DNA of 64,000 nucleotides from the NCBI GenBank assembly GCA_040756235.1, contig JBFLZG010000004.1, forward strand, positions 1-64,000. The letters run 5' to 3'. Source of the DNA: a bacterium (GTDB taxonomy: Bacteria > Desulfobacterota > DSWW01). The notes beneath the pieces were generated by a model, which saw only the letters and a program-made list of their open reading frames with translations, was not told the origin of the DNA and made no database searches. The position numbers and the translations under genes are program-made. This document shows, one piece after another, positions 9,004 through 18,995 of this stretch (its first letter is position 1; the number at the start of each line of letters is the position of its first letter).

Positions 9004-12000
9004 GTGGCGACACCAGACTCCCCGGTTCCGGAAGGACATAAGAAATCCGAGATATCCTTGATCAGCTTCAAGGCTCCCCTGGACTACTTCGAGCGCAGGT
9101 TCGGTGCCGAGGAGCTCAACAGGTTCCTGGCGTCCACGGGTATGCCCAGGGAGTATTTCGAAGAGCACAACAACTGGATCTCCTTCGAGTACGGGCAGTT
9201 GATTCTCAGGGAGCTCGTGCGCCTGGCGGGGGATGACGATGTCTGCCTCGCGGCCGGGAAGAACCTCTACCGGCCCGAGGTGATCGGGAGGGCCGTGTGG
9301 GTGGGCGTCAAAGCCCTGGGCACGCCATCGCTCGTCTATCAAAAGATGTTCGCGTTGTCTTCGATCTATAATCGTGTCGGCGATTACACGGTTCGAGCCC
9401 TCTCCAAGAACAGGATGGTCGTCGAGTACCGGCCCAAGGAGGGCTACTACGAGAAGGACAAGTGCTATTGCCTTTTCAGGCAAGGCAACTTCATCGCCGC
9501 CCCTTCGATGTGCAATCTTCCTCCGGCAAGGCTGGTGGAGTTGAGCTGCAACGTCGAGGGAGCGGAAACCTGCACCTACGAGCTGTCCTGGCAGGAGAAG
9601 ACGTCCTCTCTTCCCACGCTCCTGGGAGTGGCCTGCGGCGGCCTGGCGGCGCTTCTCTTAACGAGACTGTTCCACATCCGGCATGAGCCTGTTCTCTGGC
9701 TCGTCGGCGGTCTCTTCCCGCTGACCGGGTTTCTGGGAGGCCGAGCCCTGGCGCTGTTGCGTGCGCTCAGGCTGAACCGGAGGGTCAACGAAGAGCAACA
9801 CGAGGCCCTGGAAAAATCCATCAAGGATATCTCCAACAAGTACCTCGAGCTGCAAGCCTCCCAGAAGGAGCTGGGGCTGGCCCATGAGGAACTGAAAGAG
9901 CACCGGGATCACCTGGAAGAGCTGGTGCAGGAACGCACCCGGGAACTGGAGGAGAGCAAGAAGCGCCTGGAGGAATCCTACGAGAAGCTCCAGGAGCTCG
10001 ACCGGATGAAGATGCGCTTTTTCACCAATATCAGCCATGAGCTCCGCACCCCTCTCACCCTCACGCTCTCTCCGGTGGAGGCCATGCTGCAGGGGGAGAC
10101 GGGCCCGGTCGGCGAGCACCAGCGAGCCTACCTGGTCAACGTTCACACCAACGCCCTCAGGCTCCTCAAGCTGATCAACAACCTCCTGGACCTGGCCAAG
10201 CTCGAGGCGGGCAAGATGTCCCTCCAGTATGGCCAGTACGACCTTGGCGAGTTCATCGAGGAAATCGTCGCATCCTTCCAGCCCGCGGGAGAGAAGAAAC
10301 AGATCGAGATCCGGGTGCAGGGCGGCCCGCCCCTGCCGAACCTGTGCTTCGACCGGGAGAAGGTCGAAAAGGTGGTCATCAATCTCATCGGCAACGCCCT
10401 CAAGTTCACCCCGGCCGGGGGGTCGATTGCCGTTCAGTGGGTGAAAGGGCCTGATCTCGTATCCATATCCGTTCTCGACAGCGGGCCGGGCATCCCGGAC
10501 AGTCATCTGGGCCGCATCTTCGATCGGTTCGTGCAGGTGGACGACTCGCTCAGCCGCAAACACGGCGGCACCGGCATCGGCCTGGCGCTCGCCAAGGAGA
10601 TCACGGAGCTGCACGGCGGCACGATATCGGCGGCCAACCGGCCGGAAGGCGGGGCCGCCTTCTCCTTTACCCTGCCTTTGGAGGCAAAGGAGATCGCCGG
10701 CGAGCTCGAGCCCGAAAAGGACGCCGCCGGCTGGGTAAAGTCCATGCATCGTAAAGCCGATTATGTGGAAGAGGTCGAACGCGCGGCGAGCAGTGCCCTG
10801 CCGGCCCCGTCCGCCGAGGAGGACGCCGCCCCGTCCGCTCCGGCGGAGCCGGTCCTCTCCGAAGAAGCCGCGCAGGTCCTGGTCGTGGAAGACAATTCGG
10901 ACATGCGCAGGTTCATCGCGGATTGTCTGGCCAAGGAGTTCTCCGTGCGAACAGCCGTGGACGGCGACGACGGCTGGAACAAAGTGCTCGAGCGGCAGCC
11001 GGACCTGGTGGTGTCGGACATCATGATGCCCAATCGGAACGGTTACGAGCTGTGTCAGCTCATCAAGAGCGATGCAAGGGTCCAGCACGTTCCCCTGATC
11101 CTGTTGAGCTCCAAGTCCGAAGTGGACATGAAGATCGAAGGATTCGCGCGGGGCGCCGACGACTATCTCACCAAACCGTTCAATCCCAGGGAGCTCGTTG
11201 CCCGGGTCAAGAACATGATCAAGATCCGGAGCCTGGAGAAAGAAATCCATCAGCACAACGTGGAGCTTCAGGCGGCCTTGCAGGAGCTCAAGGAAACGCA
11301 GGCGCAGCTCGTCCATTCCGAAAAGATGGCTTCGCTGGGCATCTTGTCGGCAGGCCTGGTCCACGAAATCAACAATCCTCTGAACGCGGCGGTCAGCAGC
11401 CTCAACACGCTGGTCCGCACGATGTCGGCCGGCAACGGCGGCGATCGGCCGGGCGGCCTGGCATCGCAGGAGAAGGCCGAGCGGGCCGCCCGGCGCGCCC
11501 TGCTCGGGCTGAAGCGCTGCGAGGAGATCGTGAACGGCCTGCGCCGCTTCGCCCGCAAGGACGTGGACGGCATGAAGGAGGACGACATCCACGAAGGGCT
11601 GGAGTCGACCCTGGCCTTGCTGGTGCAGGACCCGGGCAGGAAGGTGTCCGTGCATCGGGATTACCGGCTGACCGGCAGGGTGCCCTGCAATCTGGGTCAG
11701 CTCAACCAGGTATTCATGAACCTGCTGACCAATGCGGTCCAGGCCATCGAGAACAAGGGAGACATCTGGGTCCGAACGGAGCAGCGAGGGGACGAGGCGG
11801 TCATCAGCGTCCAAGACAGCGGCGTCGGCATCCCTCCGGAGAAGCTGCCCCGGATCTTCGAGCCCTTCTTCACCACCAAGGAGGTCGGGCAGGGCACGGG
11901 TCTCGGCCTGAGCATCTCCCACAAGATCGTGCAACAGCACAACGGCCGCATCGAAGTGGAAAGCGCCCCGGGCAAAGGAAGCACGTTCCGAGTCTTCCTG

Positions 12001-12075
12001 CCCATGCATTTCCAGGGGGAGCTTTCAACAAAGGGGTCCACCCATGGAAAGCTCCGCAGCGTCATCGGGATGTAA
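9004..12075 (+). CDS. Hybrid sensor histidine kinase: V4R-like sensor, 2 TM, HisKA-HATPase, REC, HisKA-HATPase
   Basis: H-boxes ISHELRTPL and LVHEINNPL, two sets of N/G boxes, receiver VVSDIMMP, two hydrophobic helices near aa 205-250. Confidence 0.93.
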   Translation: MATPDSPVPEGHKKSEISLISFKAPLDYFERRFGAEELNRFLASTGMPREYFEEHNNWISFEYGQLILRELVRLAGDDDVCLAAGKNLYRPEVIGRAVWVGVKALGTPSLVYQKMFALSSIYNRVGDYTVRALSKNRMVVEYRPKEGYYEKDKCYCLFRQGNFIAAPSMCNLPPARLVELSCNVEGAETCTYELSWQEKTSSLPTLLGVACGGLAALLLTRLFHIRHEPVLWLVGGLFPLTGFLGGRALALLRALRLNRRVNEEQHEALEKSIKDISNKYLELQASQKELGLAHEELKEHRDHLEELVQERTRELEESKKRLEESYEKLQELDRMKMRFFTNISHELRTPLTLTLSPVEAMLQGETGPVGEHQRAYLVNVHTNALRLLKLINNLLDLAKLEAGKMSLQYGQYDLGEFIEEIVASFQPAGEKKQIEIRVQGGPPLPNLCFDREKVEKVVINLIGNALKFTPAGGSIAVQWVKGPDLVSISVLDSGPGIPDSHLGRIFDRFVQVDDSLSRKHGGTGIGLALAKEITELHGGTISAANRPEGGAAFSFTLPLEAKEIAGELEPEKDAAGWVKSMHRKADYVEEVERAASSALPAPSAEEDAAPSAPAEPVLSEEAAQVLVVEDNSDMRRFIADCLAKEFSVRTAVDGDDGWNKVLERQPDLVVSDIMMPNRNGYELCQLIKSDARVQHVPLILLSSKSEVDMKIEGFARGADDYLTKPFNPRELVARVKNMIKIRSLEKEIHQHNVELQAALQELKETQAQLVHSEKMASLGILSAGLVHEINNPLNAAVSSLNTLVRTMSAGNGGDRPGGLASQEKAERAARRALLGLKRCEEIVNGLRRFARKDVDGMKEDDIHEGLESTLALLVQDPGRKVSVHRDYRLTGRVPCNLGQLNQVFMNLLTNAVQAIENKGDIWVRTEQRGDEAVISVQDSGVGIPPEKLPRIFEPFFTTKEVGQGTGLGLSISHKIVQQHNGRIEVESAPGKGSTFRVFLPMHFQGELSTKGSTHGKLRSVIGM

Positions 12076-13243
12076 GCTGGACTACAGGGACTATGGCGTC
12101 CTCTACATCGACGACGAGCCCGGAAACCTGGAAGCGTTCCAGGACGAGTTCGAAGAATTCTTCACGATTCTCACCGCCTCCTCGGGTCCGGAAGGGTTGA
12201 AGATCGTCCAGCAGAGGCCCGTGCAGCTCGTGCTGGCGGACCAGCGAATGCCCAAGATGTCGGGCGTGCAGGTCCTCGAGGAGATCCGCAGGCTGGATCC
12301 CCGCATCCTGCGAATCCTGGTCACGGCTTATGCGGACATCGAGGTGGTGATCGACGCAATCAACAAAGGGCAGGTCTATCGTTACTTCCGGAAGCCCTGG
12401 GAGCACGAGGACATCCGGACCGGCATCATGCGCGGCCTGGATCACTACCAGGCCGACAGAGACCGAGAGAGGCTGAATGCGGAGCGGATCGAGAACATGA
12501 AGAAGATGATCCGCTCCAACCGGCTCGCCGCGGTCGGGACCATGGTGGCAGGGCTGGTGCACGAGATCCGCAATCCGATGGTCGCCATTCAGTCGTTCTT
12601 CCAGCTCCTGCCCAAGAAGTGGGACGACAAGGATTTCCTCCGGCGCTATCTGGAGATCGCCCAGGGAGAAGCCAACCGCATCGAGTCTCTCCTGGAGAAC
12701 ATGCTGGGCTTTGCCAGGCCGGCACGGCCGATCCTGCGGGCGTGCGATCTCAACGCGCTGGTCGAACGGAACATCCAGCTGCTGGAATTCCAGGCCAGAC
12801 GCAAAGGGATTCAGGTGGATTTTCAGAAAGACCCGGATCTGCCGCCGGCCTTCGCAGACCCGAGTCAGATGCTGCAGGTCATCCAGAACCTGGGATTGAA
12901 CGCGATTCAGGCCATGGAGTCGAAAGGGGTCCTCCTGTTTCGGACTTCTCTGCGCGAACAGGAGAAAGAGGGCTTCTGGGTGGGCCTGGAAGTCCAGGAT
13001 ACGGGGCCGGGGATCCGTGCCGGGGATCTGGAGAAGGTCTTCGATCCCTTCTACACGACCAAGGCCGACGGCACCGGGCTGGGCCTTTCGATCGCCTATC
13101 AGATCGTCAATGAGCACGGCGGGAGGCTGGAAGTGGAAAGCGAGCCGGGAAAGGGTACGGTCTTCCGGGTTTGCCTGCCGGTCTTCGATGCCGAAAAGCA
13201 GACTCACGTGCTCTGCTCGGGAGCGAGCGAGCTCCGAGAGTAG
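12044..13243 (+). CDS. Hybrid response regulator / histidine kinase (REC-HisKA-HATPase)
   Basis: YIDDE, LADQRMP, KPW, LVHEIRNP, DTGPGI, FYTTK, GTGLGL. Confidence 0.93.
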   Translation: MESSAASSGCKLDYRDYGVLYIDDEPGNLEAFQDEFEEFFTILTASSGPEGLKIVQQRPVQLVLADQRMPKMSGVQVLEEIRRLDPRILRILVTAYADIEVVIDAINKGQVYRYFRKPWEHEDIRTGIMRGLDHYQADRDRERLNAERIENMKKMIRSNRLAAVGTMVAGLVHEIRNPMVAIQSFFQLLPKKWDDKDFLRRYLEIAQGEANRIESLLENMLGFARPARPILRACDLNALVERNIQLLEFQARRKGIQVDFQKDPDLPPAFADPSQMLQVIQNLGLNAIQAMESKGVLLFRTSLREQEKEGFWVGLEVQDTGPGIRAGDLEKVFDPFYTTKADGTGLGLSIAYQIVNEHGGRLEVESEPGKGTVFRVCLPVFDAEKQTHVLCSGASELRE

Positions 13244-13297
13244 GCCCGCCGAAGAGGAAGGCAGTTTCCAGCCGCCACTTGTCGGGCCGACAGCCTC

Positions 13298-13618
13298 CTA
13301 GTGGATGGTCTTGGGGGGACTTTCTCGGGCTGGAAACAGCAGGTTCTCCTTTACCACCGGGTTCCGGAGAAACTGATCCTGGCACTCCTCGCACAGAATC
13401 AGGCTTGCCTGGTGACAGGATTCCGCCTCGCTGCCGTTCTCACACCATAGCTCGTCTTCTGCCACCGCCCCTGCATCGGAAGCTTCCTCGAGTGCGTCGG
13501 TCGGTAAGCCGCCCGAGCTGAAGGAGTCCTGTTCCGAAGCCGGATAGATCAGGATCCTCAGTCGGTAGCGCTTGTCTCCCGGATAAAGCTGCGTGTTGCA
13601 CAGATGGCACTTCTGCAT
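13298..13618 (-). CDS. Small putative zinc-binding protein (106 aa)
   Basis: CHLC and CEEC pairs flank an acidic linker. A promoter-like sequence lies upstream. Confidence 0.7.
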   Translation of the reverse strand: MQKCHLCNTQLYPGDKRYRLRILIYPASEQDSFSSGGLPTDALEEASDAGAVAEDELWCENGSEAESCHQASLILCEECQDQFLRNPVVKENLLFPARESPPKTIH

Positions 13619-13697
13619 GCTGATGGCCTGTGAAATGGATTCGCGTGCACGTCCCTGTGATGGGCAGGGTACAAGAGGCGGCCTTCGAAATGCGTGA

Positions 13698-13726
13698 ACG
13701 ATAGGGGAAAAGGGCCTCCTTGTCAA
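13698..13726 (-). promoter_or_regulatory. Putative sigma-70 promoter
   Basis: Minus strand TTGACA-N17-TATCGT. Confidence 0.55.
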
Positions 13727-13941
13727 TCCCGCTGAACATTCTGCCGGGGCCTTCTCGGTCGAGCCTGTCTGCTCCATCCGACCCTGCCCCCGGCGCCGCT
13801 CGGCAGCGGATTTGAACACAGGTACGTACCCGCTGCGTACCCGTTGCTCGGTTGAAGCCCTTCCAACCCCATGTTAAAATAAAACACTTTAGATTCATTC
13901 GGCTAAGTTTGTTTCTTCCAGATCCGAGGCGAGCGGTCTCC

Positions 13942-15990
13942 ATGGCCGAAAGAAACCGTCTGGAGCGTGTCCGCAACATCGGCATCGTGGCCCACATCGA
14001 TGCCGGAAAGACGACCTTGACCGAGAGGGTCCTCTATTACGCCGGCAGGATCCACCGTATGGGGGAAGTCCATGACGGCCAGGCCCAGATGGACTGGATG
14101 CCGGAGGAGCAGGAAAAGGGGATCACCATCACCTCCGCAGTGACCAGCTTCGAGTGGAACGGTCATGCGGTTCACCTGATCGATACGCCGGGCCACGTGG
14201 ACTTTACGATCGAGGTGGAACGGTCCCTGCGCGTCCTGGACGGGGCCATCTTCGTCTTCTCCGGCGTGGAGGGGGTGGAGCCCCAGTCCGAGACCATCTG
14301 GCACCAGGCGGACAAATATCACGTGCCGCGTCTGTCGTTCATCAACAAGATGGATCGGGTGGGAGCGGATTTTGACGGCGCCGTGGAGATGATCCGCAAG
14401 AGGCTCGGCGCCAAGCCGGTCTGCTGCCAGATCCCGCTGGGTTCGGAAGACAGTTACGCGGGCGTGGTCGATCTGGTCCGGATGCGCGGGGTGGTTTGGG
14501 ACGAAGGCGATCTGGGATTCACCTACAGGGACGTCGAGATCCCCTCCGAGCTCGAGGAAGAGGCGAGCCGCCGCAGGGAGGAGCTGCTGGAGAAGGTCGC
14601 CGAGCACGACGACACCCTGATGGAGAAGTACCTCCAGGAGGAGCCTCTCACGGTGGACGAAATCCGCCGGGGCATACGGAAGGCAACTTTGGGGCTGAAG
14701 ATCACGCCGATTTTTTGCGGCGCAGCTTACAGAAACAAGGGAGTTCAAACGCTGCTCGATGCCGTGGTTCACTATTTGCCTTCTCCGGCCGAGGTGCCGC
14801 CCGTCCTGGGATACCACCCGACGGAGAAAGTTCCCGTAAAACGCGAAGCGAGCGTCAAGGAGCCGACGGCGGCGCTCGTCTTCAAGATACGGATGGAGGA
14901 AGGGCGCAAGCTCACGTACCTGAGAGTCTATTCCGGAGAGGTGAACGCCGAGAGCGTCATCTACAACGCGAGTCTCGGGGAGCGGGAGCGGATCGCTCGT
15001 CTGTTCGAGATGCACGCCAACGTGAAGAGGCGGACCCAGAAGGCCCAGACCGGCGACATCGTCGCCGCCACCGGTCTCAAGAACGTCCGCACGGGCGACA
15101 CCCTGTGCGACGAAAAACACCCGATCGTCCTGGAGCCGATCGAGTTCTACGAGCCGGTCATCTCGATCGCCATCGAACCCAAGAGCCTCCCGGACCAGGA
15201 GAAGCTCGTCGCCAGCCTGGACAAGCTGGCCGCCGAGGACCCGACGTTCCGGTTTCGTTTCGATGACGAGTCCGGCCAGACCTTGATTTCCGGCATGGGC
15301 GAGCTGCACCTCGAGGTGCTCGTGCAGCGCCTGACGAGGGAGTTCAACGTCAGGGCCAACGTGGGCAGGCCCCAGGTCGTCTACCGCGAGACGGTCACCA
15401 GGTCGTCGGAGGAGCACGGCGAGTTCCTGCGCGAGATCAACGGCAAGCCGCAGCATGGAAGCCTGCGGCTGCGGATCGAGGCCGGGGAGCGCGGCTCCGG
15501 GATCGTCTTCGCTTCCGCCTTGCCGGCCGAAAGTCCGTTCCCGGCCGAGTGGACGCGGGAGATCGAGGAGGCCTTTCGGGAATCCTGTGCGAGCGGCACT
15601 CTGGGCGGGTATCCCATCGTCGACACGCGGGCGGTCCTGCTCGGCGCGGACTACCGCGAGGGTGTTTCCTCCGTCCTCGGCTTCCGTATTGCCACAGCCA
15701 CCACGTTCATGAGGGCCTACGAGAAGGCCGGACCCATCTTGCTGGAGCCGATCATGTCCGTGGACATCCTCGTGCCCGAGGATTATGCCAGCGGCGTCAT
15801 CGGAGACGTCAACGCCCGGCGAGGGAAGATCCTCGAGATCACCCCGAGGAGGCTGGTCACCGAAATCCGGGCCTCCATTCCGCTGTCGGAGATGTTCGGG
15901 TACTCGACCGACCTGCGATCCATCACCAAGGGGCGGGGAACCTTCACCATGAAGTTCGAACGCTTCGACGAGACGCAGGAGAGAGGCTGA
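13942..15990 (+). CDS. fusA: Elongation factor G (stand-alone paralogue)
   Basis: [45 protein letters not shown]. No rpsL/rpsG/tuf nearby. Confidence 0.95.
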   Translation: MAERNRLERVRNIGIVAHIDAGKTTLTERVLYYAGRIHRMGEVHDGQAQMDWMPEEQEKGITITSAVTSFEWNGHAVHLIDTPGHVDFTIEVERSLRVLDGAIFVFSGVEGVEPQSETIWHQADKYHVPRLSFINKMDRVGADFDGAVEMIRKRLGAKPVCCQIPLGSEDSYAGVVDLVRMRGVVWDEGDLGFTYRDVEIPSELEEEASRRREELLEKVAEHDDTLMEKYLQEEPLTVDEIRRGIRKATLGLKITPIFCGAAYRNKGVQTLLDAVVHYLPSPAEVPPVLGYHPTEKVPVKREASVKEPTAALVFKIRMEEGRKLTYLRVYSGEVNAESVIYNASLGERERIARLFEMHANVKRRTQKAQTGDIVAATGLKNVRTGDTLCDEKHPIVLEPIEFYEPVISIAIEPKSLPDQEKLVASLDKLAAEDPTFRFRFDDESGQTLISGMGELHLEVLVQRLTREFNVRANVGRPQVVYRETVTRSSEEHGEFLREINGKPQHGSLRLRIEAGERGSGIVFASALPAESPFPAEWTREIEEAFRESCASGTLGGYPIVDTRAVLLGADYREGVSSVLGFRIATATTFMRAYEKAGPILLEPIMSVDILVPEDYASGVIGDVNARRGKILEITPRRLVTEIRASIPLSEMFGYSTDLRSITKGRGTFTMKFERFDETQERG

Positions 15991-16084
15991 GGGCGGGAGC
16001 GCGCGCCGGTACGCAGGGCGGAGCGGCAGGGAGCGACGGGAGACGGCCAGGCGCTGGCCGCCTCCCGGTCCTTCGGGTCCGAAT

Positions 16085-16135
16085 CGAATCTGGCCAGATG
16101 CGTGCAAAGCCGCAGATGGGCGTCTTGGGACAGCC
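16085..16135 (-). mobile_element. Internally deleted copy of the ~125-bp hairpin MITE
   Basis: Reverse complement GGCTGTCCCAAGACGCCCATCTGCGG...GCATCTGG matches both arms of the 44217 and 60427 elements. Confidence 0.6.
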
Positions 16136-16140
16136 CCTGG

Positions 16141-16422
16141 CTAGATCTTCTTCTTGAGATCCGGTGCGGCCTTGAACGAGACGGCCTTGCCGGCTTTGAT
16201 CTTGATCTCTTCGCCCGTCTGGGGATTGCGGCCCTTGCGCGCCTTGCGCAACCTGAGATTGAACGTTCCGAACCCGGGATAGCTGAAGCGTTTGTCCCTG
16301 CGGATGGCGTTGGCCACCTCTGCGAACACGATGTCGATGACTTCTCCGGCCGCCTTCTTCCCGATGTCCATCCTCTTGGAAGCCCCCGCAACCACCTTGT
16401 CGACAAACTCAGCCTTGGTCAT
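16141..16422 (-). CDS. hup: HU-family DNA-binding protein
   Basis: MTKAEF, GFGTF, RKGRNPQTGEEIKI. AGGAGG RBS. Confidence 0.95.
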   Translation of the reverse strand: MTKAEFVDKVVAGASKRMDIGKKAAGEVIDIVFAEVANAIRRDKRFSYPGFGTFNLRLRKARKGRNPQTGEEIKIKAGKAVSFKAAPDLKKKI

Positions 16423-16796
16423 TTGCTGCTCCCTCCTTTTCGGTTGACGGTAATTCCATGCTCTATGCAGACGATTGCGTGAAGGGAATCCGCCGGCCGC
16501 TGCGAGCTCACAATCCGTGCGCCTTCTTATTACATCAAGAAGGATATTTCAATATAGAAATGCAGGGACGGCCTGAAAATTTGTCCGGCTTCTCGTGTGC
16601 GGGGCTCGGCGGCAGGTCGGGAGAGGCGTGGACAGACTTGCCTCTGCAACGGGTATTCCTGTAATAATTGTGGAGAAGGCGGTCGCGGCTGCCCTGAGTC
16701 ACAGTGGGGCCCCGGCCTTCGCCCGGGCCTTGGCGGGGCCAGGCTCCCCGCCTCGGTTCGCCCTGAACAAGGGCCAAGAGCATGCTGGTGAGGGCA

Positions 16797-17837
16797 ATGG
16801 TCAACGGGTGTGGCGTCTCGAAGGGTGTGGATGCAATCGTCATGGCAGGCGACGGCAGGTTCTTCCGGCCTGTCTACAGAACGCACAAGGGACTCCTGGA
16901 GATCGAGGGTGAGTCGCTGCTCTCTTATGTGATCTCGTCCCTGCAGCGCTGCCGCTACGTTTCCAGGATCTTCGTGGTCGGACCCGCAGATCGATTGAGC
17001 CATGCTCTGGAGCGCGTGCGTGCTTCGGGGGCAGGCGCCAAGGAGATCGTGCTGGTCAACCAGTGGAGCACCATGCTGGAGAACGCATGGAACACTTTTC
17101 TACAGACGCTTCCCAAGACGGATCCGAACGGCAGGCCGTACTCCGAAGAGGCTTTGAGAGAACGATACGAGGACAAGGCCGTCCTGGTGCTGGGCTGTGA
17201 CATGCCGCTGCTGACCCACTTCGAGCTCGAGGAGTTCGTCCAAGGGTGCGACTTGGACAACTATGATTTCCTGATCGGGACCACGCCCCTCGAGACCCTG
17301 AGGGCCTACGAGCCTCGCACGGGAATGCCCGGCATCCGGCTCGCGCACTTCTGTTTCCGGGATTCGCGGGAGCGCCAGAACAATCTGCACATGATCCGCT
17401 TCTTCCGGGTCATCAACCGGGAATACGCCCACATCATGTACCGCTACCGCTACCAGAAACGGTGGAAGAACGTCCTGGCTTTGCTGTGGCGCTTCATCCG
17501 GCTTCCTGAAGTCAGGCCCGGGATGGTGGTGCGGTTTCTTCTGCTCCATGGCGCCCGCTGGGCGGAACAGCTCAACCGGCGGGGACTGCTCGCGTTGCTG
17601 ACTCGAACTCTCGACAAGTCCCGAATCGAGCGGGACATCTCCAGGCTCCTGAAGACCCGGTTCGGGTCGGTCGTGACGACCTACGGAGGCGCGGCCCTGG
17701 ACGTGGACAACGAGGCACACTTCGAGATCGTGCGCCGTCAGTTCCGTCGATGGCTGGATTACCAGGAGGCGCTCCACGAGGAAAGGACTCGGGATCGGAC
17801 CGGCCAGGAAGATCCCGAAATGCGCTCCCTCCCGTAA
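16797..17837 (+). CDS. Nucleotidyltransferase (MobA-like NTP transferase fold) protein
   Basis: AIVMAG...KGLLEIEG, GCDMPLL, LDVDN. Start uncertain. Confidence 0.75.
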   Translation: MVNGCGVSKGVDAIVMAGDGRFFRPVYRTHKGLLEIEGESLLSYVISSLQRCRYVSRIFVVGPADRLSHALERVRASGAGAKEIVLVNQWSTMLENAWNTFLQTLPKTDPNGRPYSEEALRERYEDKAVLVLGCDMPLLTHFELEEFVQGCDLDNYDFLIGTTPLETLRAYEPRTGMPGIRLAHFCFRDSRERQNNLHMIRFFRVINREYAHIMYRYRYQKRWKNVLALLWRFIRLPEVRPGMVVRFLLLHGARWAEQLNRRGLLALLTRTLDKSRIERDISRLLKTRFGSVVTTYGGAALDVDNEAHFEIVRRQFRRWLDYQEALHEERTRDRTGQEDPEMRSLP

Positions 17838-17917
17838 CGGTGGAAGGGCGGGGAGCCTGTCCCGGCGAAGGGCGGGAACAATCAACGGGCGCAACGCAGC
17901 ATTTTTCAACGGCCTGA

Positions 17918-18841
17918 TCAGGGGTTCCGGTCCTGGATGCTGAACCGTATCGGAATCCTTGCCATCTGCGGCTGGACCACTCCCTCAGGCATGGGGGGGT
18001 AGGGGGCGCCCCGGAGCACGGCCTGGAGCGCAGCTTCGTCCAGGGTCCGGTGTCCGGAGGAGGTGTCGAGCCCGACGTCCTGGATGAGGCCTTCAGGGCT
18101 GATCGTGAACCTGACCACGACCACGCCCTGCAGGTTGTTCCTGTGCGCCCAAACCGGGTACTGCTGGTTCCTCTCGATGCGGCTCCGGACCTTTGCCCAG
18201 AATGCGTCGAGCTCGACCGGAGCCGGTCCGCCGTACCCTTCGCCGTGCCCCCCGTATCCCCGTCCGTTTCCTCCTCCGTTTCCTCCTCCGTTTCCGCCGC
18301 CGCCCGCTGCTGCATCGCCCGATGCGCCGGATGTGCCCAGACCCGTACCGGCCAGCGTGGTTTCCGTTGGCGCAGGGCTCCCGTCCGTGTCAGCCGTTTC
18401 GGGAGGCGGCTGGGCAGGAGGCTCCGCTGCAACGGGGGCGGGGGTCGGCTCCTCCACGACAACGGGGGCCCTGGGCTTTTCCGACTTGTGCACCTGGGGC
18501 TTCGGGGCGGGCCGGGGTTCACTCCGCACGACCTCCTTGGGCGGTTGCGGCTGCGCTTGTACGTGCGCCGCCGGACCGGGCTCTGGACCCGGCCCCGGAC
18601 CCGGCGACCCCGGAGGGCCGGAGAACACGATTCGCAGAGAGAACGGGCGAACGGGGTCGGGCAGCCGCGCCTCGTTGGACGGGAGCAGGAGCACCAGGAG
18701 GAGGTGCAGTCCCAGGGAAAGGGCCAGGAACGGGGCAAGCCTTGCCCGGGCACGAACGGGAGCGGAAACCTGTGCACCGGAGGGCGAGTACCCGGCGATC
18801 GGGATTTCTGCCACTTCATGCGGTGACAGTTCTCGGTGCAT
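17918..18841 (-). CDS. TonB-family energy transducer
   Basis: TM helix with SLGLH, Pro/Gly-rich linker, C-terminal YP...QGVVVVRFTI...SSG...LDEAAL. Confidence 0.85.
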   Translation of the reverse strand: MHRELSPHEVAEIPIAGYSPSGAQVSAPVRARARLAPFLALSLGLHLLLVLLLPSNEARLPDPVRPFSLRIVFSGPPGSPGPGPGPEPGPAAHVQAQPQPPKEVVRSEPRPAPKPQVHKSEKPRAPVVVEEPTPAPVAAEPPAQPPPETADTDGSPAPTETTLAGTGLGTSGASGDAAAGGGGNGGGNGGGNGRGYGGHGEGYGGPAPVELDAFWAKVRSRIERNQQYPVWAHRNNLQGVVVVRFTISPEGLIQDVGLDTSSGHRTLDEAALQAVLRGAPYPPMPEGVVQPQMARIPIRFSIQDRNP

Positions 18842-18995
18842 CTGGTATGGACCCGCTCTGGCGCCTGTTCGGATCGAGGATCGAGGACGCAGCAATACAC
18901 GTTTGAGGAGCTGTCATTCTATCAAATGAGCCCCCGGGACGACAACAAGACGCCGCGCCGGCCTGGCGAGCGCGCGGCGAAGGAGGGAGAAGGGC

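Noticed and set aside
17895..17915. GGCCGTTGAAAAA sequence here (minus strand) and at ~25270 as ends of a composite transposon
   Set aside because: The two copies point away from each other and no transposase lies between them. They are more likely isolated MITE-end remnants.
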